Source: Macrostomum lignano (lineage: Eukaryota). From it: a stretch of DNA of 64,000 nt. Shown here piece after piece: positions 11,915 through 23,639 of this stretch (position 1 is its first letter; each line of letters begins with the position of its first letter). A program made the translations under genes and the position numbers. A model generated the notes under the pieces. The model was not told the DNA's origin, did no database searches, and worked only from the letters and a program-made list of their open reading frames with translations. The stretch spans positions 1,736,001-1,800,000 of the forward strand of contig NIVC01000001.1 in NCBI GenBank assembly GCA_002269645.1, read 5' to 3'.

Positions 11915-14900
11915 ATCATAAAAGCGTCATGTAAAAAATCATAGAAGCGTCATGTAAAAAATCGTGGAAGTGTCATGTAAAAAATCATGGAAGCATCATG
12001 TAAAAATCATAGAAGCGTCATGTAAAAAATCATAGAAGCGTCATGTAAACAATCATAGAAGCGTCATGTAAACAATCATAGAAGCGTCATGTAAACAATC
12101 ATAGAAGCTTCATGTAAAAAATCGTAGAAGCGTCATGAAAAAATCATTAAAGCGTCATGTAAAAATCATAGAAGAGTCATGTAAAAAATCATAGAAGCAT
12201 CGTGTAAACAATCATAAAAGCGTCATGTAAAAAATCGTAAGAGCGTAATATAAAAATCATAGAAGCGTCATTTAAAAAATCATAGAGGTGTCATATAAAA
12301 ATCAAAAAAACGTCATTTAAAAAATCATAGAAGCGTCATGTAAACAATCATAGAAGCGTCATGTAAACAATCATAGAAGCGTCATGTAAAAAATCATAGA
12401 AGCGTCATGTAAACAATCATGGAAGCGTCATGTAAACAATCATAGAAGCGTAATGTAAAAATCATAGTAGCGTCATGTAAAAAATCATAGAAGTGTCATG
12501 TAAAAAGCATAGAAGGGCATTTCCGCCAATTAGGCACTATCGGAAAATTACACTTCAACAAACAGAAAATGATGAATTGTAGCTTAAGCCAGCTAATTGA
12601 AGTCAAACAAGGACTTAAACTGAAAAATACAACCACTTTTGCTCAATTTAAAGCTATTTGAAGATTGTTAATCGGCAAAATTAATGTTGAAAAACCATTT
12701 TAAACTTACGTAGATGCCACTTTTTTGGATGTCCAAACACACAATTTTTAACTTCAACATTGAATAAAAGAGCGAAGAAAACATTCTTTATAGTAATTCT
12801 CTTTGTTTCATGAAAAAAAACACATTAAACTTTGTTAAAATCATTCCTTTTCGTCACAAAACCTGCAAGAAGTCATTGATTTTTATCAGTTTTCTTGCTA
12901 TACCAAAAAGTATAAACGGTAAGTTTTTGCATCATTTGTACTCATGTTGTACCCTCTCATTTACTCATAAGGCTTTCAATCTTCACGTTTTTTAGCTTAA
13001 ATGAAGGAAAACATCTTTGCGATGATGTATCAGTATATTTTTTAGCAATAGAATTTGCTTAATACATTTTTCTAAGACATTGATTTTTTTTTCAATGTGA
13101 CATCTTAACCACAAGATTGTACTCATGTTGTACCCAATAATTTTTTTTAGTGCTTTTTATCAGCTGAAAACAATATATTTATGGATTGCCGACATACAGA
13201 GCTTCACAAAAAGTGGTCTGCTGAACCGTAATCTGTCAAAATACCTTAAATATTAACATTTAAATGTAGTAAGCACACTACTTACACGAGATGTATTTTC
13301 ATGTTGTACCCTTTATTTTATTTTTGCTAGTTTTTTTTCTCAAAATCAGTCTTACAAGACTATCATTAGGTATAAAAGCTGGAAAATAAAACAGTTTCAC
13401 ATTAATTTCTTGTTTATTTATCAATAAAAATGTAATTTACATTTTGCACTATAGTATGTAGATAGTAATTTACATAGTATTAAATCAATTTTCCCCACAT
13501 TTACTTGTAATATTGCTTCAGAAAAACTTTCTCTAGATTGTGGAAGCATATGCATTTCTTGCTGCTTGCAAAGTTGCACTGGAACTTCTGAATAATTACG
13601 GTGATCGGCTAGTTACTGAAAAGTAAAATTAGAGATTTACGTTTGGTATATCGCGCAGAAAAAAACATTTTGACAAAGTTAAAAAATATCGTATGAACTT
13701 ATGCGCAAAAATAACAAAATCTGAATTAAAAAGTTGATTAAAAGCATTAAGAAACAATTAAAAAATTATTGACTGAAAGAAAGTTAATTATAAGCAAGCA
13801 ATTACGCCTCAATATAAAATTTTATTCTCCTACGGTATTAATCGTCTTCTTAGATCAGTATAACTTTTATCGGCAACTTTTATTGTTACCAGAAAATTTC
13901 TTGTGCTTCTACAAGATAAAAAAAGAAATTTAATAACAAATTCTAGTTAGATTTCCTGTTTTCAACATTTTTCTTCTTCTTTGCACACTCGGACACAATT
14001 TGTGTCCCTATTTGGCGGAAATGCCCAGAAGCGTCATGTAAACAATCATAGAAGCGTAATGTAAACAATCATAGAAGCGTCATGTAAAAATCATAGAGGT
14101 GTCATGTAAAAATAATTGAAGCGTCCTGCAGAAATCGTAGAAGCGTCATGAAATAATCATAGAAGCATCATGTAAAAAATCAAAGAAGCGTCATGTAAAA
14201 AATCATAGAAGCGTCATGTAAAAAATCATAGAAGCATCGTGTAAACAATCATAAAAGCGTCATGTAAAAAATCATAGAAGCGTCATGTAAAAAATCATAG
14301 AAGCGTCATATAAACAATCATAGAAGCGTCATGTAAACAATCATAGAAGCGTCATGTAAAAATCATAGAAGCGTCATGTAAAAATCATAGAAGCGTCATG
14401 TAAAAAATCATAGAAGCGTCATGTAAAAAATCATAGAAGCATCGTGTAAACAATCATAGAAGCGTCATGTAAAAAATCATAGAAGCGTCATGTAAAAAAT
14501 CATAGAAGCGTCATCTAAAACATCATAAAAGCGTCATGTAAAAAATCGTAGAAGTGTCATTTAAAAAATCATAGAAGCGTCATATAAACAATCATAGAAG
14601 CGTCATATAAACAATCATAGAAGCGCCATGTAAACAATCATAGAAGCGCCATGTAAACAATCATAGAAGCTTCATGTAAACAATCATAGAAGCGTCATGT
14701 AAACAATCATAGAAGAGTCATGTAAAAAATCATAGAAGCGTCATGTAAAAAATAATAGAAGCGTCGTGTAAACAATCATAGAAGCGTCATGTAAACAATC
14801 AGAGAAGCGTCATGTAAAAAATCATAAAAGAGTCATGTAAAAAATCGTAGAAGCGTCATATAAAAATCATAGAAGCGTCATTTAAAAAATCATAGAAGCG

Positions 14901-17900
14901 TCATGTAAACAATCATAGAAGCGTCATCTAAAACATCATAAAAGCGTCATGTAAAAAATCGTAGAAGCGTCATTTAAAAAATCATAGAAGCATCATATAA
15001 ACAATCATAGAAGCGTCATGTAAACAATCATAGAAGCGCCATGTAAACAATCATAGAAGCGTCATGTAAACAATCATAGAAGCGTCATATAAAAATCATA
15101 GAAGCGTCATTTAAAAAAACATAGAAGCATCATATAAACAATCATAGAAGCGTCATGTAAACAATCATAGAAGCGTCATGTAAAAAATCATAGAAGCGTC
15201 ATGTAAACAATCATGGAAGCGTCATGTAAAAATCATAGAAGAGTCATGTAAAAAATCATAGAAGCATCGTGTAAACAATCATAGAAGCGTCATGTAAAAA
15301 ATCGTAAGAGCGTAATATAAAAATCATAGAAGCGTCATTTAAAAAATCATAGAAGCGTCATGTAAACAATCATAGAAGCATCATGTAAACAATCATGGAA
15401 GCGTCATGTAAGAAATCATAGAAGCGTCATGTAAAAAATCGTAGAAGTGTCATGTAAAAAATCATTGAAGCATCATGTAAAATGCATAGAAGTGTCATGT
15501 AAAAAATAATAGAAGCGTCGTGTAAACAATCATAGAAGCGTCATGTAAACAATCAGAGAAGCGTCATGTAAAAAATCATAAAAGAGTCATGTAAAAAATT
15601 GTAGAAGCGTCATATAAAAATCATAGAAGCGTCATTTAAAAAATCATAGAAGCGTCATGTAAACAATCATAGAAGCGTCATGTAAACAATCATAGAAGCG
15701 TCATGTAAACAATCATGGAAGCGTCATGTAAGAAATCATAGAAGCGTCATGTAAAAAATCGTAGAAGTGTCATGTAAAAAATCGTGGAAGCATCATGTAA
15801 AAAGCATAGAAGTGTCATGTAAAAAATCATAGAAGCGTCATGTAAACAATCATAGAAGCGTCATGTAAACAATCATAGAAGCGTCATGTAAACAATCATA
15901 GAAGCTTCATATAAAAAATCGTAGAAGCGTCATGAAAAAATCATTAAAGCGTCATGTAAAAATCATAGAAGAGTCATGTAAAAAATCATAGAAGCATCGT
16001 GTAAACAATCATAGAAGCGTCATGTAAAAAATCGTAAGAGCGTAATATAAAAATCATAGAAGCGTCATTTAAAAAATCATAGAGGCGTCATATAAAAATC
16101 AAAAAACGTCATTTAAAAAATCATAGAAGCGTCATGTAAACAATCATAGAAGCGTCATGTAAACAATCATAGAAGCGTCATGTAAAAAATCATAGAAGCG
16201 TCATGTAAACAATCATGGAAGCGTCATGTAAACAATCATAGAAGAGTCATGTAAAAAATCATAGAAGCGTCATGTAAAAAGCATAGAAGCGTCATATAAA
16301 CAATCATAGAAGCGTCATATAAAAAATCATAGAAGCATCATGTAAAAATCATAGAAGCGTCATGTAAAAATCATAGAGGTGTCATGTAAAAATCATTGAA
16401 GCGTCCTGCAGAAATCGTAGAAGCGTCATGAAATAATCATAGAAGCGTCATGTAAAAAATCATAGAAGCGTCATGTAAAAAATCATAGAAGCGTCATGTA
16501 AAAAATCATAGAAGCATCGTGTAAACAATCATAGAAGCATCATGTAAAAAATCATAGAAGCGTCATGTAAAAAATCATAGAAGCGTCATATAAACAATCA
16601 TAGAAGCGTCATGTAAACAATCATAGAAGCGTCATGTAAAAATCATAGAAGCGTCATGTAAAAAATCATAGAAGCGTCGTGTAAACAATCATAAAAGCGT
16701 CATGTAAAAAATTATAGAAGCGTCATGTAAAAAATCATAGAAGCGTCATCTAAAACATCATAAAAGCGTCATGTAAAAAATCGTAGAAGCGTCATTTAAA
16801 AAATCATAGAAGCATCATATAAACAATCATAGAAGCGTCATGTAAACAATCATAGAAGCGCCATGTAAACAATCATAGAAGCGTCATGTAAACAATCATA
16901 GAAGCGTCATATAAAAATCATAGAAGCGTCATTTAAAAAAACATAGAAGCGTCATGTAAACAATCATAGAAGCGTCATGTAAACAATCATAGAAGCGTCA
17001 TGTAAAAAATCATAGAAGCGTCATGTAAACAATCATGGAAGCGTCATGTAAAAATCATAGAAGAGTCATGTAAAAAATCATAGAAGCATCGTGTAAACAA
17101 TCATAGAAGCGTCATGTAAAAAATCGTAAGAGCGTAATATAAAAATCATAGAAGCGTCATTTAAAAAATCATAGAGGCGTCATATAAAAATCAAAAAACG
17201 TCATTTAAAAAATCATAGAAGCGTCATGTAAACAATCATAGAAGCGTCATGTAAACAATCATAGAAGCGTCATGTAAAAAATCATAGAAGCGTCATGTAA
17301 ACAATCATAGAAGCGTCATGTAAAAAATCATAGAAGTGTCATGTAAAAATCATAGAAGCGTCATGTAAAAATCATAGAAGCGTCATGTAAAAAATCATAG
17401 AAGCGTCATGTAAAAAATCATAGAAGCATCGTGTAAACAATCATAGAAGCGTCATGTAAAAAATCATAGAAGCGTCATGTAAAAAATCATAGAAGCGTCA
17501 TCTAAAACATCATAAAAGCGTCATGTAAAAAATCGTAGAAGCGTCATTTAAAAAATCATAGAAGCATTATATAAACAATCATAGAAGCGCCATGTAAACA
17601 ATCATAGAAGCGCCATGTAAAAATCATAGAAGCATCGTGTAAACAATCATAGAAGCGTCATTTAAAAAATTGTAAGAGCGTAATATAAAAATCATAGAAG
17701 CGTCATTTAAAAAATCATAGAAGCGTCATGTAAACAATCATAGAAGCGTCATGTAAACAATCATAGAAGCGTCATGTTAAAAATCATAGAAGCGTCATGT
17801 AAAAAATCATAGAAGCGTCATGTAAACAATCATAGAAGCGTCATTTTAAAAATCATAGAAGTGTCATGTTAAAAATCATATAAGCGTCATGTAAACAATC

Positions 17901-18050
17901 ATCGAAGCGTCATCTAAAAATCATAGAAGCGTCATGTAAAAAATCATAGAATCGTCATGAAAAAATCATAGAAGCGTCATTTAAAAACTAATGAAAGTGT
18001 CATTTAAAAAATTAAGAAGCATCATAGTAGAATAAAAGAAGCGTCATGTC
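11915..18050. repeat. 22-23-bp satellite (ATAGAAGCGTCATGTAAA(A/C)AATC)n inside Helitron B, split by an insertion
   Basis: Directly visible at 11915-12514 and 14027-18050. Confidence 0.95.
12515..14026. mobile_element. Non-autonomous TIR DNA transposon inserted in the satellite
   Basis: TIR GGGCATTTCCGCCAA(T/A)TAGG at both ends and 4-bp TSD AGAA reconstructed from the interrupted satellite unit. AT-rich, non-coding interior. Confidence 0.85.
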
Positions 18051-21000
18051 AGACATGAAAGGTGTCATGGAAAAATTAAATGCAGCTATAATGCTGTGCT
18101 GGGGAGAAAAACTGAGACGTCAAGGCTCTCAGAGAATAACTAAGATTACGGGGGGGGGGGTTTCTGAGATGTCAAAGCAAAAGTCAGAAGCTAATTCAAA
18201 GTTCATGTACTTTACTCAATTTTTTTTATTGCATTCTTTGTTGGCTCGCCACGGGAGGCACTGATAGAAGAAGAGTCATGTAAAAAATAAAAGTAGCACT
18301 ATGTATACATAAAAGAAAAGTCATGTCGAAGTTAAAAGATTCATTTGGGAATTGCTACGATGTCAAAGCTAGGTGGAAATCGTTATAGTGCTGTGATTCT
18401 TAAAGAAGGAATCACTAAAATGTCAAGGCTTAGGGGAGAAGAATTGCTGAGATTTCAAGGCTTTATGTTGGGTTAAAGTTAGGTTTAGGTCAGGTGTGGG
18501 TTGAGGGTTATATTTTATCGAGTTTCAAGGTTAGCAGGGGATTTTTCAGATTTCAAGGTTTATGGGCGCCATCGCTGACATGTTAAGGCTTACGGGGGGA
18601 ATAGCTGAGATGTCAAGGCTCACGGGGGTATAAATGAGATTTCAAGCCTAAAGTCAGAAGCTACATGTAGTTTATTGAAAACTTTTTATTACATTATTTG
18701 ATGCCTCCTCAGGGGAGGGATCGCTGATTAAAAAAGTGTAATGTAAAAAATAAAAGAAGCTTCATGTCGAAGTTAAGATATTCATTTGGGAATCCCTACG
18801 ATGTCGAGGCTTGCAGGGAATCGCTATAATGCTGTAGTAGTGCTATAATGACTCTTAGAGAGAATTACTGAAATTTCAATGCTTTAGGGTTAGGTTAGGG
18901 TTAGGGTTAGAAGGTTGACAGATATTTTTAGATTTCCAAGGCTTATTGGGGGCATGGCTGATATGTCAAGGGGGGAAGTTGATATGTTAAAGCTTGTGGG
19001 GGGGAATTACTGACATGTCAAGGCTTACAAGGTTTGATAGGAGATTTTTTAAGATTTCAAGGATACATGTAGCTTATTAAAAAAACGTGTATTGCATTTC
19101 TTTGGCTCCCCAACGGGGGGCGTAGATTGCTAGTAAAAAACTAAAAATATATATCTTTCAAATGAAATAATTCCTAAACAAAAAATAAAATATTCTAGGA
19201 GCAGTGATCATTCAAACATTGCACATTTTTTGTATATATATAAATTGGTGGCAGTGCCACAAACATACATGCGCAATAGTCAGCCGAGTTGGCAGATCCA
19301 GCTGACCGATTTGGCAGCCAACCAAGGAAGTCGCAAAAATGCCCACCCAAAAAATTACCAAAGTAGTAGTACTAAGTAGCTGATGAGGCATTTTGACTTA
19401 ATAAGACAGTTATAGTTACTCCTGCCGTTTACCCAAAGTTGCGCTAATTTTGCATTAGAGTTTTTTACATGCAAGTTGCATTTTTGGCCAAAAACTACGT
19501 CGCATTTTTGTTAAAACTAAGTCGCATGGCCGACCGAATTTTGGAGGTTGCACATGTATGGCCACAAAACACCATTTTTAAACAATTCATTTTTCACACT
19601 AAAAGGGCCATTTAAACAAAGTTTAATGATAGAAATGCAAAGTTAGATAGTTAAAGGTCCAAAAAAGTGCTTTTGCAGGAAAAAAATATTATTCTTATTT
19701 GGCCCATGTAAAAATTTAAAAGTTGAATAACTTTTTTATTGCACTTTGCATGATTCTAAATGCTGTTTTTAATGCGCCTTTATAAAATGAACATGTATTA
19801 AAAACCGTTTGTTTGTATTTCTTCTCACTTAAAAGTTGTCAAGCTTTCTTTAAGCTCATTTTTTGCCTAAATTTGCAATGTATTTTTTATCCTAGAACTG
19901 AAAATTGGTTTTTTGATCTCTACAGATAACTTCATTTTGCGGACTTTTTATGTATTGTCTTTAAAAAGTGTTATTAACACAATTTTTTAGCAACATCCAC
20001 TTTCATTTTGCATGTCTCACTTCTTTGTAATAATATTATTTTATTTTTAATGAACATGAGCATTTGCACTACTCACAAACTACTTATACAGAAAAATATT
20101 GTTTCATTGTACATGCAATTTCTTCACTGCATTTGATTCACTGATACATAGATAACATTTTGACAAAGTTAGAAGTCTCCTATTTTGTGTCTGAAGCATG
20201 CAATCACAATTTCTTTTTTTTGAAAAATATGTGCACATACACTACTTACATGCTACTTATATAAAAGTGGGTTATTATGGCTTTTCTTAACCAAAAAGGA
20301 CTTTTACCATAGGAAATGTTTTTTGAAGTTAATTAATTGGAACTAATGCTTGCTCCAGCTTATTGAACTATAGCAATTGCAACCACAACAAGTGACCCCT
20401 GGAATGCACTAAACTTGGTTTGGTCTATAGTGCAAACTCATAAAATTAACTGAACTTTGTGAGATGGTCTTTATTTAATTTGTATGCTTAATAAGCAATT
20501 TCACAATTCTATTTTAGGTATAATATGAACAGTTGAAAGTTGAAAAACATGCTATTTTGAGATATGCCATCAAATTCTTATAGTAAGACACATAGTAACT
20601 TATAGTAACTTATAGCTGCTAGTTTACAATAACTTACAGCCACAAAATTGGTGATTTTTTAAACCAAGCAATTCTAAATTAAAAAACTATGATTAAGTAC
20701 ATTTAGTGTGGCTAAATGAATAAGATGCGAGAAGCAATTGCAGGGTAGGAAAAGTCACAAAGGCTTAAAATTCCAATGCACACTTTATAATTTTATATTA
20801 TAGATAAACTATTAACCAATGTGACTAAGCAAACATCAAACCTCCCACCTAGCCAAGGCAAATAGACAAACCCTCTAGCCAATCAGAATGTAAGAATAGT
20901 AACTTTCATACAAGCTGCATAAACAACAGAGAGAACAGAGAGAAATAAAATGAGAAAAAAAAGAAATGATAAAAGAAGAAAAATGAGAGATGAAAAAGAG

Positions 21001-23639
21001 AAGAGTAGTCAGGAAAGAGATAAAAGAAGAATGGAAAAGAGGAAAAGAGGGAGAAAATAAAAAAAAAGAATAAAGAAAAAATGAGATAAAACAGATAAAC
21101 AAGAGGAAAGATGAAAGAAGGTATACAAGAAAAGGAGAGAAAGAAAAGAAGAAGAACAAAAGCTTTGAAAGATCTAGGGATATAAGGAGAAGCCAAAGTT
21201 TGCCAATAAATGTCTCACTTTGCCAATTAGACAGATATTGCATTATGCACAACATCCTAGCCAACAATATCAATTTTTGCCTCAAATCTTAATTTTATAC
21301 AATTATATTCCATTTTATGTTTACCTCCATCCTACTAACTATAAACAAGAGATGCAGTGTGCTTTGTTTTATAGTATAAAGCCTTCCAATACAATTACAT
21401 TCACAAAAATTTCCTAGAAAGTACCATATTTGAATTTACATGAAAAAGAAATTATTTTTAAGTTTGTTTGAATGTTGTGAAATCAAATAATATTTTACCA
21501 AATAACTTTTGTTTTAAATATACTGTATAGGTAGTATAAATAGGAGCCCAGAATGGGCTAGGAAAAGTTAACTTGGAACTTCCTCGTTCACCGCAAATCA
21601 CGAGGATAATAGCCAATCTAGTTCTATAAAAATCTTATTTGCAAAACTTTTAAAGAATTATTAATTTCCTAGAGTAAAGCCCCAATTTGGGAGTAGTATT
21701 GAAAAGCCTGCTAATCAGCAGGAAAGCGCCTCAGGGCAGAAAAATTGCTTCAGGGCAGGAAAAATGCATAAGGCTGTGACTTTCTGATCCAGGGAATGCC
21801 CAGGACTGAGAGAAAACTTATAAGAGTAAATAAAGTAGACAGTGTCATTAGACCACTTAGGCTAAAGAGTACAGTATATGTACAGATGCTACCAATAAGA
21901 TAAGTGGACACTACCAATATAGAAGTATATAGAAGTAGATAGAGAAGTAGTAATGCTATCAATAGGTAAAAGTACATTGGTACAAAAGTATATTAATAGA
22001 GAGAAGTTTAACCATGCCTGTTACAACTTTGGTGGCTAATTAGTGAGATAATAGTAGAGGGAAGTAACCCTTATGTCAACTTTGGTAGCATTGTGAGATT
22101 ATTTATAAAGATAGATGGTTAGCCCTTTGACACAAATTTTTGTTTGAGTATGGCCTTAGATTTTAGAATACATGCAAAAATAGTTCCAAGGGTTAAAATT
22201 CCTAGGTTCAAAATCTGTGGGTTTCAACAGCTTCAATAACAGTAGTTTCAGATTACAATTTATACAGTTATTAGAATATAAAAATAATTTTATAAAACAA
22301 AGACAAATTTCAATGGTAATTTTCTATCAAAACTAATATATTATATAATGATTGTTATCTAAGAGAATGCCATAATGATAGTTAGGTTTCAGCATTAAGT
22401 TGAGTTGTAAGCTAAGCTAGATTAGGCCATAGTAGTAGTTCAATGATAAAACTATTAAAAAGTTAGGCTTATTATTGTAATAATTTATTTAAAACAAGTT
22501 TTTTTTTTATTAGTTTTTTATATAGCCTTATTGTTTACATTGCAAGTTTGTTAATTAACTTTGTTAAAAGTTTTGTATTGATTATAGAAATAAATTCTGG
22601 GATATTTTCTCAATACTTTATATTGAGAAATACTTTACTATGACCCTCTATAGGCTTTGTTGATAATAAGTAAAGTTGCTTTTTGATGATTTTGCATTAA
22701 TTTAGCAAAGTATCAACCAACTAATATGTTTGAAATGTTTATTTCAATTTAATTGTAAAATCATGCATGTATTTACTTTTAACCATAGAATAAATGACAG
22801 ACAAAGGCAACAAAAAGTTTAATAAAAAGTTTGATAAAATGTTTGTCCACTTACTTATAACCATTTTGCTACTTATATAGTTATTGTTACTTATGGTTTA
22901 TATCTTGTCCTTAGACTTAGAAATTATATTGTATTGTATAGCTTAAAGAAGATAGTAATCCCAAAACCTAGATCCTAATGATTTTTAGTAACATTAGATA
23001 AATTTCAATAGAAGGAAAGTTATTCATGTCTTATTATACTATACTAAGTTAGTACTAATTGTTGGTTAACAAAGATAATCAAAGTCAATAAGACAAAATC
23101 AACATGACCTGTAGCTATAACTATAGGCCTTAAATTATATTTGCCTCTTATTCTTAATATAGATTATGGCTAGACTGACCTGTTGGTTGCATAGTACTTC
23201 TAGTACAGATACTACAAAGCCTTTGGGTAATCTACTTACTGAAGATATTGCCTTTGATATATTTATGGCATTGCATTTATTGGTAGGCTTATCTCACTTT
23301 GGTAGTGACTGCAATCTGTAACTGTAACTTATAGCAGCTATGCTAGTTGTCAATAGTGCTATTGTTGGCAATTGAGCATTGTATATTTTATTGAAAAATA
23401 TCTATCTACCCTTCTTGGCTTATTCTGCATTTTCCAGTTTTGCTTCTTTGCACTACTTTTTCTTTTTCTTTTCATTCTTTGTTTCTGTGCTTCTTTGTCT
23501 CTTTTTGGTTTTGTAATTTTGTAAATAATCCTTGGTCTGCCATGGTTCTGCCATAGTGTCATAGTCAGCCTTGAACCCGTAGTTTCTATTTAGATTGGCA
23601 CTATTTTTTAGTGTTGTAATTATGCTTAACTTGAATTTC

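Larger units (their letters stand above)
11302..19133 (+). mobile_element. Non-autonomous Helitron-like element, copy B (head-to-tail with copy A)
   Basis: Starts TCCTATATACTAAAAATGAG immediately after the CTAG of copy A. Ends CCCCAACGGGGGG-CGTAGATTG-CTAG|T at 19133. Confidence 0.78.

Noticed and set aside
11915-18050. CRISPR-like regularity of this and other arrays
   Set aside because: No unique spacers, no cas genes, eukaryotic context.
20875-21285. Hydrophobic Phe/Ser-rich ORFs
   Set aside because: Low-complexity GA-rich tract; no coding signal.
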